Origin: Bacteroidota bacterium
Lineage (GTDB): Bacteria; Bacteroidota; Bacteroidia; Chitinophagales; Chitinophagaceae
NCBI GenBank assembly: GCA_014190475.1
Contig: BJGL01000001.1
Span: 9,870 to 73,869, forward strand
Reading direction: 5' to 3'
Length of the DNA: 64,000 nt
The notes beneath the pieces are model-generated. The model did no database searches. It worked only from the letters and a program-made list of their open reading frames with translations, and was not told the DNA's origin. This document shows positions 47,811 to 56,917 of the stretch, piece by piece (the stretch's first letter is position 1; every line of letters starts with the position of its first letter). The translations under genes were made by a program, and so were the position numbers.

Positions 47811-47818
47811 CAAATATA
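47811..47818 (-). promoter_or_regulatory. candidate -7 promoter box (TATATTTG) of the CTD-only gene
   Basis: Perfect TAnnTTTG on the minus strand, 5 nt upstream of the ATG at 47805 and downstream of the peroxiredoxin terminator. Confidence 0.4.
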
Positions 47819-47852
47819 CTTTAATAATTAAAAAAAGGCCATAACAAAATGC

Positions 47853-47880
47853 AAAAGCCCAAGAACTTGGATTCTTGGGC
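47853..47880 (-). terminator. Rho-independent terminator of the peroxiredoxin gene
   Basis: On the minus strand: GCCCAAGAA-tccaag-TTCTTGGGC followed by TTTTG, 31 nt after the stop at 47911. Confidence 0.75.
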
Positions 47881-47910
47881 TTTGATGTTCAGCGAATTAA
47901 GTATAGCTGT

Positions 47911-48381
47911 TTATGCTAACGATTTCAAGGTTTCATTGATTTTTTCAAAGTTGGGAACCTCTCCGGGGTTTTCCAAGACCTCCGCATACTGAACTGTTCC
48001 GTTTTTGTCGATTAAAAAGGCCGAACGTTTTGATACACCTTTCATATCCAGGATCCAATCCTGATAAATACATCCATATAACTCAGACACTTTTTTATTG
48101 AAGTCGCTGAGTAAAGGGAAATTAAGTTGTTGTTCCTCTTTAAATTTTGCCAGTGTAAATACAGAGTCTACCGAAATTCCCAACACGGTGGCATTGGCTC
48201 CGTTATAAAGAGCAATGTTGTCGCGCACTGAACAAAGTTCCTTGGTGCAAACTCCTGTGAATGACTGCGGAAAAAATAGTAGTAACACGTTCTGTCCTTT
48301 CAATGAAGAGAGCTGAAGCGGGTTCTTGTCAGAATCAAATAAGGTAAAATCGGGGGCCGTTTGTCCAATTTGGATGCTCAT
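47911..48381 (-). CDS. peroxiredoxin (AhpC/TSA-redoxin family)
   Basis: Peroxidatic-Cys context FFPQSFTGVCTKELC. 156 aa. Confidence 0.85.
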   Translation of the reverse strand: MSIQIGQTAPDFTLFDSDKNPLQLSSLKGQNVLLLFFPQSFTGVCTKELCSVRDNIALYNGANATVLGISVDSVFTLAKFKEEQQLNFPLLSDFNKKVSELYGCIYQDWILDMKGVSKRSAFLIDKNGTVQYAEVLENPGEVPNFEKINETLKSLA

Positions 48382-48484
48382 AGTGAATGGTTTTAATTGT
48401 ATTGATAAGACAATTCAGTTTCAAAAAAGTTCCCGCAAAGATGCCCAAAATGCACGTATTTTTAAATTTCACAACAGAATTACT

Positions 48485-49588
48485 ATGCAAGTCCGTGACA
48501 TCACAAATTTTTTAGATACGCTGGCGCCCTCCTCGTTACAGGAGTCCTACGACAATGTTGGTTTACTGGTGGGAGACGCACATAGTGTATGTACTGGGGT
48601 ACTTTGTTGTTTGGATGTAACAGACGCCGTGCTGGAGGAGGCTATACAAAAGGGCTGTAATTTGATAGTGGCACATCATCCAATGATCTTTGGTGGCGTA
48701 AAGCAAATCACTCCCAACGATGGAACTGGACAGTTGATCATTAAATCCATTCAAAACAATATTTCTATTTATGCTATTCATACTAATCTTGATAACATGC
48801 TCGATGGGGTGAATGGTAAGATGGCCGCCATGCTGGGATTATCAAAATGCAGTGTTTTATTACCTAAACCTGGTATTTTAAAAAAACTGATCACCTTTAT
48901 TCCTGAAGCTCAAGTGGAGCAAGTTCGTAATGCACTTTTTTTGGCGGGGGCTGGCCAAATTGGTCAGTACAGCGAGTGTAGTTTTTCCAGTAGCGGTCAA
49001 GGTACTTTCAAGGCCGGTACGGGTACTAATCCTTTTGTTGGGAGTGAGGGGGTCAGACACACCGAAAAGGAGGTGAAACTGGAGATGATTTATCCTGGAT
49101 ATCTGGAAGCCGCATTATTATTAGCTCTAAAAAATTCTCATCCCTACGAGGAAGTAGCCTACGACTTGATGGCGCTGGGTAACACGTACAAGGGTTTGGG
49201 TGCGGGTATCCTCGGAGAATTGGCCGCTCCGATGATGGCCGATCAGTTTTTAAGACGGCTAGCTGAGGTTTTTAAGACGCCCGTGGTTCGTCATACTACC
49301 TTATTGAGCCAGCCTATTCAAAAAGTAGCACTCTGTGGAGGGGCTGGTAGTTTTTTAATAGAAACAGCCTTACGCGCTGGTGCTCAAGCTTTTGTGACGG
49401 CAGACTTGAAATATCACGATTTTTTCAAAGCTGCCGATAAACTAATATTGGCAGACATAGGCCACTTTGAGAGTGAACAGTTTACGATTGACCTTTTACA
49501 GGAGCGTTTAGCCGAAAAATTCCCTACCTTTGCCGTCCTCAAAACAAGCGTTTCCACCAATCCGGTCAACTACCTATGGCACAAGTAA
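48485..49588 (+). CDS. Nif3-like dinuclear metal-centre protein
   Basis: SWDNVGLLVGD-like YDNVGLLVGD, the LIVAHHP motif, and C-terminal ADIGHFESEQF. Start trimmed to MQVRDITNF at 48485; the longer ORF overlaps the peroxiredoxin gene. Confidence 0.85.
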   Translation: MQVRDITNFLDTLAPSSLQESYDNVGLLVGDAHSVCTGVLCCLDVTDAVLEEAIQKGCNLIVAHHPMIFGGVKQITPNDGTGQLIIKSIQNNISIYAIHTNLDNMLDGVNGKMAAMLGLSKCSVLLPKPGILKKLITFIPEAQVEQVRNALFLAGAGQIGQYSECSFSSSGQGTFKAGTGTNPFVGSEGVRHTEKEVKLEMIYPGYLEAALLLALKNSHPYEEVAYDLMALGNTYKGLGAGILGELAAPMMADQFLRRLAEVFKTPVVRHTTLLSQPIQKVALCGGAGSFLIETALRAGAQAFVTADLKYHDFFKAADKLILADIGHFESEQFTIDLLQERLAEKFPTFAVLKTSVSTNPVNYLWHK

Positions 49589-50328
49589 AAGATTACTCGA
49601 TTCAGGAAAAGCTGGTCTCCCTGGTGACCCTTCAGCAGATCGACAGCAAATTGGATGAAATCAAGATCCTGAAAGGGGAGCTTCCTATGGAGGTAGCTGA
49701 TCTGGAGGATGAAATCACTGGTCTGAATGCACGTAAAACCCGTATTGAAGAAGAGATCAACGGCGTTACTGAGTTTATTGAGCAACGCAAACTCTCCATT
49801 AAGGATGCTGAGGCCCAGATCAAGAAATATGAAAAACAAAGTGAGGACGTAAAAAATAATCGCGAATACGAAGCCATCAACAAGGAAATTGAAATGGCTC
49901 AGTTGGATATCAAATTGGCTGAAAAGCATATCAAAGATGCCACTGATGAGATTGCAGAGAAAGCAGTTTTGTTAGACAAAGCCAAGAAAAATATTAGCTC
50001 CAAAGAGGGTGTTTTAACCAGCAAAAAAGAGGAACTGGAGAAAATTATTGCTGCTAACGAAAAAGAAGAAAAGCAATACAACAAAATGGCCGTGGAAGCA
50101 AAAGAAAAGGTTGATCCTCGCTTGCTTTCCAGCTATGAAAAAATTCGCGGTAACTACCGAAACGGATTGGCGGTAGTACCTGTTGAACGCGATGCTTGTG
50201 GCGGTTGTTTCAATGCTATTCCTCCTCAAAAGCAAAGTGAAATTCGTCAGCACAAAAAAATCATGATTTGCGAAAACTGCGGACGAATCCTGGTGGATGA
50301 AGAATTAAAGAACACAGTGCAATTGTAA
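49576..50328 (+). CDS. coiled-coil / C4 zinc-ribbon protein (COG1579-like)
   Basis: Long heptad-rich region plus C-terminal CGGC...CENCGRIL. Overlaps the nif3-like gene by 13 nt. Confidence 0.7.
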   Translation: MAQVKDYSIQEKLVSLVTLQQIDSKLDEIKILKGELPMEVADLEDEITGLNARKTRIEEEINGVTEFIEQRKLSIKDAEAQIKKYEKQSEDVKNNREYEAINKEIEMAQLDIKLAEKHIKDATDEIAEKAVLLDKAKKNISSKEGVLTSKKEELEKIIAANEKEEKQYNKMAVEAKEKVDPRLLSSYEKIRGNYRNGLAVVPVERDACGGCFNAIPPQKQSEIRQHKKIMICENCGRILVDEELKNTVQL

Positions 50329-50349
50329 TATTGCAAAAGAAATAATCGA

Positions 50350-50380
50350 ATCCCGTTCAATTTCGAACGGGATTTTTTTT
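50350..50380 (+). terminator. Rho-independent terminator
   Basis: ATCCCGTTC-aatttc-GAACGGGAT followed by a T8 run, 22 nt after the stop at 50328. Confidence 0.85.
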
Positions 50381-50440
50381 GGAATAAAGGGTTGAAACGG
50401 GGGGAGAACACTTTGACACTCTAGTAATTCGTACTAATTT

Positions 50441-52108
50441 GTGAACATGCTTCGGCGTCTTTTTATACAGAACTATGCCATCATTGAGGAGGTTGAGATT
50501 GAGTTCACAGCCGGGTTTGTTGTGATTACCGGCGAAACTGGCGCGGGTAAATCAATTCTTATGGGCGCCTTGGGTTTGATTTTGGGGGAACGTGCAGAGA
50601 CCAGTGTGCTAGTCAATAAAGAAAAGAAGTTGATTGTTGAGGGTGTATTTGATTGTGCCCATAACAAAAGGGTCGCTTCTTTTTTAAAGGAACAAGAGTT
50701 GGAGGAAACTGATTCATTGCTTGTAAGACGCGAAATTAGTCCACAAGGAAAATCTCGTGCTTTTGTAAATGATACACCTGTAAACCTTTCGCAGTTGCAG
50801 GAATTGTCCTCCTTGTTAGTGGATCTGCATCAGCAGTTTGATACGCTTTCTCTCGGTCAAACTAGTTTTCAACGGGAAGTATTGGATACATTGGCACAGC
50901 AGCTGGATAAAGTGGAGGAATACAGATTACTTTATCATCAATGGGCTGTTGCAAAAAGTGAATTAACAGATTTGTTGGCCAGACAATCCCGTGCCGAAGC
51001 GGAAGCGGCCTATGTGCAATTTCAGTTCCAGGAGTTAGAGGAAGCAGGATTTCGAGAAAATGAAATGGAGGAATTAGAGCAAGAGGTAAAATTATTATCC
51101 AATGCCGAAAGTGTACAGCAATTTTTAGCGCGAACTACTACGTCGCTTTCTACAGGGGAGGAGCCTTTAGTAAGCCGTTTAAAATCTTTATTGAATGAAT
51201 GGAGTTCCTTTAGTTCCTTTCATGCTGATTTTCCTGCGCTCGCTGAACGCCTTCGGACTGCTTATGTTGAAATTCAAGAATTAGCAAGAGATATTGAGCG
51301 GGTAGCCGACACGGTGCAATTAGATCCACAACGACTGGAAGAAGTAAATAACCGTTTATCCCTGGGGTATAAGCTCTATAAAAAACATCAGGTTAATACA
51401 ACTACTGGATTGCTTGCCATTCAATCCAATTTGGCAACGCAATTAAGCGGAATAGAGCATTTGGGTCAAACTATACAGGCGCAACAAAAGCAAGTAGAAT
51501 CGTTGGAGCAAAAAGCAATTTCCTTAGCAGCTTTATTGTCAAAGGGAAGAAAAAAGCAAGTTTCATCGCTTGAAACGAAGGTTCAGCAATTACTTCATCG
51601 CGTTGGAATGCCCGCCGCACAATTAAAAGTAACTATTGAACCGGGATCGATGGGAGCCGAAGGAATGGACCAAATAGAATTTTTATTTGATGCAAATCGC
51701 AGTGGTCAATTCAGTCCCTTACGCAAAGTGGCTAGTGGGGGAGAACGCAGTCGGTTGATGCTTTGTATTAAATCGTTGGTTGCAGAATCTATGCAACTTC
51801 CTACGTTGATCTTTGATGAAATTGATACCGGCATTGCAGGCGAAGCCGCCCGTCAAGTTGGACTTTTGTTAAAAGAGTTAGCGCAGCACCGACAGGTGGT
51901 TTGTATCACGCACCAGCCACAAATTGCAGGTAAAGCGCACACTCATTTTTTTGTTTTTAAGCAAGCAGGCTTATCGACTACTGGGGCTGTTCAAACCGGG
52001 TTACGATTGCTTGGCCCAGCGGATCGGGTTGAGATTATCGCTCAAATGATTGGAGGGGAACATCCTACCCCTGCCGCTTTGGCTAACGCCCGGGAGCTTT
52101 TAAGCTAA
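50441..52108 (+). CDS. recN: DNA repair protein RecN
   Basis: N-terminal Walker A GETGAGKSI, central coiled coil, and C-terminal SGGERSR signature with Walker B LIFDEIDTGI. GTG at 50441, or ATG at 50447. Confidence 0.9.
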   Translation: MNMLRRLFIQNYAIIEEVEIEFTAGFVVITGETGAGKSILMGALGLILGERAETSVLVNKEKKLIVEGVFDCAHNKRVASFLKEQELEETDSLLVRREISPQGKSRAFVNDTPVNLSQLQELSSLLVDLHQQFDTLSLGQTSFQREVLDTLAQQLDKVEEYRLLYHQWAVAKSELTDLLARQSRAEAEAAYVQFQFQELEEAGFRENEMEELEQEVKLLSNAESVQQFLARTTTSLSTGEEPLVSRLKSLLNEWSSFSSFHADFPALAERLRTAYVEIQELARDIERVADTVQLDPQRLEEVNNRLSLGYKLYKKHQVNTTTGLLAIQSNLATQLSGIEHLGQTIQAQQKQVESLEQKAISLAALLSKGRKKQVSSLETKVQQLLHRVGMPAAQLKVTIEPGSMGAEGMDQIEFLFDANRSGQFSPLRKVASGGERSRLMLCIKSLVAESMQLPTLIFDEIDTGIAGEAARQVGLLLKELAQHRQVVCITHQPQIAGKAHTHFFVFKQAGLSTTGAVQTGLRLLGPADRVEIIAQMIGGEHPTPAALANARELLS

Positions 52109-52109
52109 T

Positions 52110-52118
52110 TGTGGATAA
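52110..52118 (-). promoter_or_regulatory. perfect DnaA-box 9-mer (TTATCCACA on the minus strand)
   Basis: TGTGGATAA on the plus strand, 1 nt after the recN stop and ~110 nt upstream of dnaB. Single copy only. Confidence 0.35.
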
Positions 52119-52227
52119 CCTTCAATTTTGCGTGCAGAAATCGTGAAGAAAGAAAAATTTTTTCCATTTTCTTTTTGGGGCTTATTTCGTTGTCCAACTT
52201 TCAGTCAATTCTTTAAAATCACCTGCC

Positions 52228-53793
52228 ATGGAGCTACCTAATTTGAATAAAGACAGACAGCGCAAACGCAAATCCGCGGTTGAACTGGGAACCATGGTCT
52301 ATGGAAAAGTACCCCCACAGGCCAAAGAGTTGGAGGAGGCTGTTCTGGGTGCCATGATGCTGGAGCGTGGTGCATTTGACATAGTGGTTGAAATTCTAAA
52401 ACCCAATTGTTTTTATGTAGAGGCACATCAGCGCATTTTTGCTGCGATGCAGTCATTGGCTAATAAAAGTCAGCCCATTGATCTTTTAACGGTAGCAGAG
52501 GAACTTCGTACTAAGGAAGAATTGGATTTGGTGGGAGGGCCTTATTACTTGACTCGTCTCACTAACGCTGTTGTTTCTGCAGCTAATATTGAGGCGCATG
52601 CCAGAATTATTCTTCAAAAGTTTATACAACGCGAACTGATTCGAGTAAGTGGGGAAATTATCAATGATGCATTTGAAGATGCTACTGACGTATTTGATTT
52701 ATTAGATGATGCAGAAACTAAGTTATTTGAGATTACCAATAATAACCTCCGTAAAAATTTTGAAACTATCGATTCTGTGTTGGTCAATACCATCAAGCGT
52801 ATTGAAGATTTACGGAATAAGAACGAAGATCTAACGGGAGTAGCCAGCGGATTCCCTTCTCTGGATCGTGTAACGTATGGATGGCAACGTACTGATTTGA
52901 TCATTCTTGCCGCACGTCCTGCCGTAGGTAAAACGGCATTTGCCCTAAATCTTGCACGTAATGCTGCGATGCAAGCCGGAAAGCCTACTCCTGTTGCCTT
53001 TTTCTCCTTGGAGATGAGTGCCAGTCAGTTGGTTCAACGTATTCTCTCTGCAGAAAGTGAAATTTGGTTAGAGAAAATCAGTCGTGGTAAAATGGAAGAA
53101 CATGAGATGAAGCAGTTGTACGCTCGAGGTGTACAACGATTGGCTCAGGCTCCATTATTTATTGATGACACACCCGCACTTAATATTTTTGAATTGCGTG
53201 CCAAGTGTCGTCGATTGAAAAACAAGCATGATATCGGCTTAGTGATCATCGACTATTTGCAATTGATGAGTGGAACGGGAGATGGTCGTAATAGTAATCG
53301 CGAACAGGAGATTAGTAATATCTCCCGAAACCTGAAAGCATTAGCAAAGGAGTTAAGTATTCCAATTATAGCCCTCTCCCAATTAAGTCGTGCAGTTGAA
53401 ACGCGCGGCGCAGGTAAGGATGGTACTAAAATGCCACAATTAAGTGACTTACGTGAATCGGGTGCTATTGAACAAGATGCCGATATGGTAATGTTTTTAT
53501 ACCGCCCCGAGTACTACGATATTACGGCCAATGAAATGGGGGAGAATAATCGTGGCGATACATTTGTACGAATTGCGAAGCACCGTAACGGTTCTCTAGA
53601 GACCATTAAGTTGCGGGCCTTACTCAATATTCAAAAGTTTGTAGAAGATGGCGGAGGAATGGGTGTTACCGGAATACCCGGTAATTGGAAACCCGTTCGA
53701 GACGAAGATGGCAGTGGAAGTGCCCGCGTGTTCGTGCAAACAGGAAGTCGAATGAACGAATTAGATTCCGATATGGATGATCTTCCGATCTAG
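52228..53793 (+). CDS. dnaB: replicative DNA helicase
   Basis: PPQAKELEEAVLGAMM N-terminal domain, Walker A ARPAVGKTAFALN, Walker B IIDYLQLM, and RESGAIEQDAD. Acidic C-terminal extension. Confidence 0.95.
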   Translation: MELPNLNKDRQRKRKSAVELGTMVYGKVPPQAKELEEAVLGAMMLERGAFDIVVEILKPNCFYVEAHQRIFAAMQSLANKSQPIDLLTVAEELRTKEELDLVGGPYYLTRLTNAVVSAANIEAHARIILQKFIQRELIRVSGEIINDAFEDATDVFDLLDDAETKLFEITNNNLRKNFETIDSVLVNTIKRIEDLRNKNEDLTGVASGFPSLDRVTYGWQRTDLIILAARPAVGKTAFALNLARNAAMQAGKPTPVAFFSLEMSASQLVQRILSAESEIWLEKISRGKMEEHEMKQLYARGVQRLAQAPLFIDDTPALNIFELRAKCRRLKNKHDIGLVIIDYLQLMSGTGDGRNSNREQEISNISRNLKALAKELSIPIIALSQLSRAVETRGAGKDGTKMPQLSDLRESGAIEQDADMVMFLYRPEYYDITANEMGENNRGDTFVRIAKHRNGSLETIKLRALLNIQKFVEDGGGMGVTGIPGNWKPVRDEDGSGSARVFVQTGSRMNELDSDMDDLPI

Positions 53794-53795
53794 TT

Positions 53796-54503
53796 ATGTC
53801 TGCTCCATTATTTTATACTCCTTCCTTAGGTCAGTCAGGTTCATTTTTGGAATTAGATTCCGATAATAGCCGTCATGCCATTCAGGTATTACGGTTAGTA
53901 CAAGGGAGTGCCCTCTCCATAACGGATGGTAAAGGAAATTGGGCAGATGCAACGGTATCTATTGCGGATCGAAAAAAATGTCAGGTTCAGTTGCAAGCTG
54001 TACAAATTGTACCACCGCCCAAACGTTCCATCACGCTTGCCATTTCATTACTCAAAAATAGAAATCGATTTGAGTGGCTCCTAGAAAAAGTTACGGAGCT
54101 GGGTGTATCATCCATCATACCGCTACGATGTGAGCGAACTGAAAAAGAAACGATTCGTATGGATCGCTTGGAGTCTATTTTAATCAGCGCAGTTCTGCAA
54201 AGTCGACAGGCCTGGTTACCCGCTTTATTACCTCCTCAGTCTTACACAGAATTGCAGCAATGGAAATTAAAGCAAGGTGTTAACTTAATTGCACATTGCG
54301 AAAATTCAACCCGCCGTCCTCTCTCTCTCTTATCCTCCTCGTTAGCTGATGATGTACTCATAGCCATTGGCCCAGAAGGGGATTTTACTCCCGACGAAAT
54401 TGAGCAAGCAGTAGCGGCTGATTTTATTCCCGTTCAATTAGGGAACACTCGATTAAGGACAGAAACGGCTGGTATAGTAGCGGTTTCGTTGTTGGCCTGT
54501 TGA
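53796..54503 (+). CDS. rsmE: 16S rRNA (uracil1498-N3)-methyltransferase
   Basis: RsmE pattern: HAIQVLRL, LLEKVTELGV, and a C-terminal GPEGDFTPDEI...LGNTRLRTETA knot. Confidence 0.85.
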   Translation: MSAPLFYTPSLGQSGSFLELDSDNSRHAIQVLRLVQGSALSITDGKGNWADATVSIADRKKCQVQLQAVQIVPPPKRSITLAISLLKNRNRFEWLLEKVTELGVSSIIPLRCERTEKETIRMDRLESILISAVLQSRQAWLPALLPPQSYTELQQWKLKQGVNLIAHCENSTRRPLSLLSSSLADDVLIAIGPEGDFTPDEIEQAVAADFIPVQLGNTRLRTETAGIVAVSLLAC

Positions 54504-54512
54504 TGACAATCC

Positions 54513-55562
54513 TTACATAATTCCTTCGGAAATATTTTTTGCTATGGCAGGTCCCTCATACACAAATCCGGTCCAGACTTGTACAAGCGATGCTCCTGCT
54601 TTGATTTTTTCAGCTGCATCCGCTGCGGTAAATATTCCACCAGATGCAATGAAGGGAATTCGACCATTTGTTTTTTGATGTATGTATTGGAGTAAAGCAG
54701 TGTTTCTCTCTTTGAGGGGTGCGCCGCTGAGTCCACCTGCACCCATTCGGCTCACTGTGTTGGGCTCCGTTTGCAATGCATCTCTACGTATAGTAGTGTT
54801 ACTGACCACCAACCCATCTAATCCAATGGCCAGTACTAACTCAATAACTTCATCTACTTGTGCCCATTCTAAATCGGGAGCAATTTTTAGGAAAATGGGT
54901 TTTGCCTTTTTCATCTCCTGATTTCTCTTTTGTAAACCGGTTAGAATTTTTTCCAAAAAGCTACGGTCTTGCAATGCTCGAAGTCCTGGTGTGTTGGGCG
55001 AACTTACATTGACTACAAAATAGTCCACCCACGGGTGCAGTCTTTCAAAACAAAACTCATAATCCTTCCAAGCTTCCTCATTGGAAGTGCTTTTATTCTT
55101 TCCGATATTTCCGCCAATGATTAACGGTTTTTGCAAATCAACATAGGGTTGCACTTCTTCTCTCCAATGCTTTAAACGCTTGGCAATGGTAACTACGCCA
55201 TCGTTATTAAAACCCATTCGATTGATTAGTGCATGATCCTCGGGTAATCGGAATAATCGAGGTTTTTCATTGCCTCGCTGCGGCTGTGGTGTTACTGTAC
55301 CAATTTCCACATGTCCAAAGCCTAAACAACTTAGCTCTCGAAGATGTAATGCATTTTTATCAAATCCGGCAGCTAATCCAACTCGATTCCTAAAGTGAAG
55401 ACCCGCTATTTCAATGGAGGAAACTTTTGCGGGTTCAAAAAAATTGCGAAGTAGTTTTCGGGTCAGCGGGGTACTGCAAACTAATTGTAATAAAAAAAGA
55501 GAAATCTGGTGCGCCTCTTCGGGTGGGAGCAGGAATAAAATTTTTCGGATCAGTTTATACAT
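54513..55562 (-). CDS. pyrD: dihydroorotate dehydrogenase (quinone), class 2
   Basis: N-terminal membrane-association helix (MYKLIRKILFLLPPE), GLAAGFDKN, NVSSPNTPGLR, and IASGGIF. Start trimmed to 55562 because a TATATTTG box lies inside the longer ORF. Confidence 0.9.
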   Translation of the reverse strand: MYKLIRKILFLLPPEEAHQISLFLLQLVCSTPLTRKLLRNFFEPAKVSSIEIAGLHFRNRVGLAAGFDKNALHLRELSCLGFGHVEIGTVTPQPQRGNEKPRLFRLPEDHALINRMGFNNDGVVTIAKRLKHWREEVQPYVDLQKPLIIGGNIGKNKSTSNEEAWKDYEFCFERLHPWVDYFVVNVSSPNTPGLRALQDRSFLEKILTGLQKRNQEMKKAKPIFLKIAPDLEWAQVDEVIELVLAIGLDGLVVSNTTIRRDALQTEPNTVSRMGAGGLSGAPLKERNTALLQYIHQKTNGRIPFIASGGIFTAADAAEKIKAGASLVQVWTGFVYEGPAIAKNISEGIM

Positions 55563-55570
55563 GGACCGGG

Positions 55571-55578
55571 CAAATATA
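55571..55578 (-). promoter_or_regulatory. candidate -7 promoter box (TATATTTG) of pyrD
   Basis: Perfect TAnnTTTG on the minus strand, 8 nt upstream of the ATG at 55562. Confidence 0.4.
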
Positions 55579-55603
55579 TTGCAAGAATACGGGCCTTGCC
55601 AAG

Positions 55604-55634
55604 TTTGGTAAGAAGCATTTCGGGTGTAAATTTG
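55604..55634 (+). promoter_or_regulatory. candidate Bacteroidetes sigma-A promoter (TTTG-N19-TAAATTTG) of the second thiolase
   Basis: -33 TTTG at 55604-55607 and a perfect -7 TAnnTTTG at 55627-55634, 36 nt upstream of the ATG at 55671. Confidence 0.45.
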
Positions 55635-55670
55635 GAATAGAAGGTTGCATAAACAACTAAATAACTTCTC

Positions 55671-56846
55671 ATGCAAGATGCATTTATTGTAGCAGGGTTT
55701 CGGACCGCCGTCACAAAGGCAAAAAAAGGAGGCTTTCGATTTACCCGACCTGACGATTTAGCCATCGATGTTATCAAGGGACTGCTTGCTTCGCTGCCAG
55801 CATTGAATCCAAACCAAATCGATGATGTGATAGTGGGTAATGCAGTTCCCGAGGCAGAACAAGGACTCCAGGTGGGACGTATTATTGCGGCACGTGCCTT
55901 GGGTATTGAAGTTCCTGGAATTACTATTAATCGATATTGCGCATCAGGGTTAGAATCCATTGCTATAGCAACGGCCAAAATTCGAGCAGGCCTGGCTTCT
56001 TGTATTGTTGCAGGAGGAGTAGAGAGTATGAGCATGGTGCCTGCTGCTGGATGGAAAACAGCACCCGCCTATTCTATTTCAAGTGAGGAGCCCGACTATT
56101 ATTTGAATATGGGATTAACCGCCGAGGCGGTTGCAAAAGAATATGCCATCAGCCGTGAGGATCAAGATCAGTTCTCTCTTCAATCTCATCAAAAAGCTTT
56201 GTCGGCTATTGGGCATGGTCATTTTAAAAAGGGAATACTTCCTATTACCGTCGAGGAAATTTATTTAGATGAAAAACAAAAAAGACAAAAAAGAAGTTTT
56301 GTGGTGGATACAGATGAAGGCCCCCGTGAGGATACATCGCTGGAAGCTTTATCCAAACTAAAGCCCGCTTTCGCTGTAAATGGAGTGATTACGGCAGGTA
56401 ATTCTTCTCAAACATCAGACGGAGCTGCTTTTGTTGTGGTGATGAGTGAATCGATGGTCAACGAGTTAGGCCTAACACCCATTGGTCGTTTGGTTTCTTG
56501 TGCCGTGGCAGGAGTTCATCCCAGAATCATGGGAATTGGCCCGGTTGTTGCAATCCCAAAAGCACTGCAACAGGCGGGTATGAACATGTCGCAAATTGAT
56601 CTGATTGAATTGAATGAGGCCTTTGCCGCTCAAGCTTTAGCCGTAATTCGGGAAGCAGAACTGGATTCATCAAAAATTAATATCAATGGTGGAGCTATCG
56701 CTTTGGGGCACCCGCTAGGATGCACCGGCTGCAAGCTTACTATTCAAAATCTTAATGATCTTCAACGACTTAATAAGAAATATGGAATGATTACAGCTTG
56801 TGTGGGAGGGGGTCAGGGAATAGCTGGCATAATCGAAAGACTTTAA
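55671..56846 (+). CDS. acetyl-CoA C-acyltransferase (3-ketoacyl-CoA thiolase, FadA-like)
   Basis: Active-site NRYCASGLES and C-terminal NGGAIALGHPLGCTG / CVGGGQG. 391 aa. Confidence 0.9.
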   Translation: MQDAFIVAGFRTAVTKAKKGGFRFTRPDDLAIDVIKGLLASLPALNPNQIDDVIVGNAVPEAEQGLQVGRIIAARALGIEVPGITINRYCASGLESIAIATAKIRAGLASCIVAGGVESMSMVPAAGWKTAPAYSISSEEPDYYLNMGLTAEAVAKEYAISREDQDQFSLQSHQKALSAIGHGHFKKGILPITVEEIYLDEKQKRQKRSFVVDTDEGPREDTSLEALSKLKPAFAVNGVITAGNSSQTSDGAAFVVVMSESMVNELGLTPIGRLVSCAVAGVHPRIMGIGPVVAIPKALQQAGMNMSQIDLIELNEAFAAQALAVIREAELDSSKININGGAIALGHPLGCTGCKLTIQNLNDLQRLNKKYGMITACVGGGQGIAGIIERL

Positions 56847-56917
56847 TTTACAAGAGAATCCCCTAAAATTTTACCGTTTTTTACCTTGGTAATTGAGTTT
56901 TTTTATACCTTTTCGGT

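Noticed and set aside
55550-56035. 161-aa ORF antisense to the 5' part of the second thiolase, spanning the pyrD/thiolase intergenic region.
   Set aside because: The composition is Ala/Ser/Pro-rich with no motifs. It overlaps a confidently identified thiolase and both predicted promoters. Shadow ORF.
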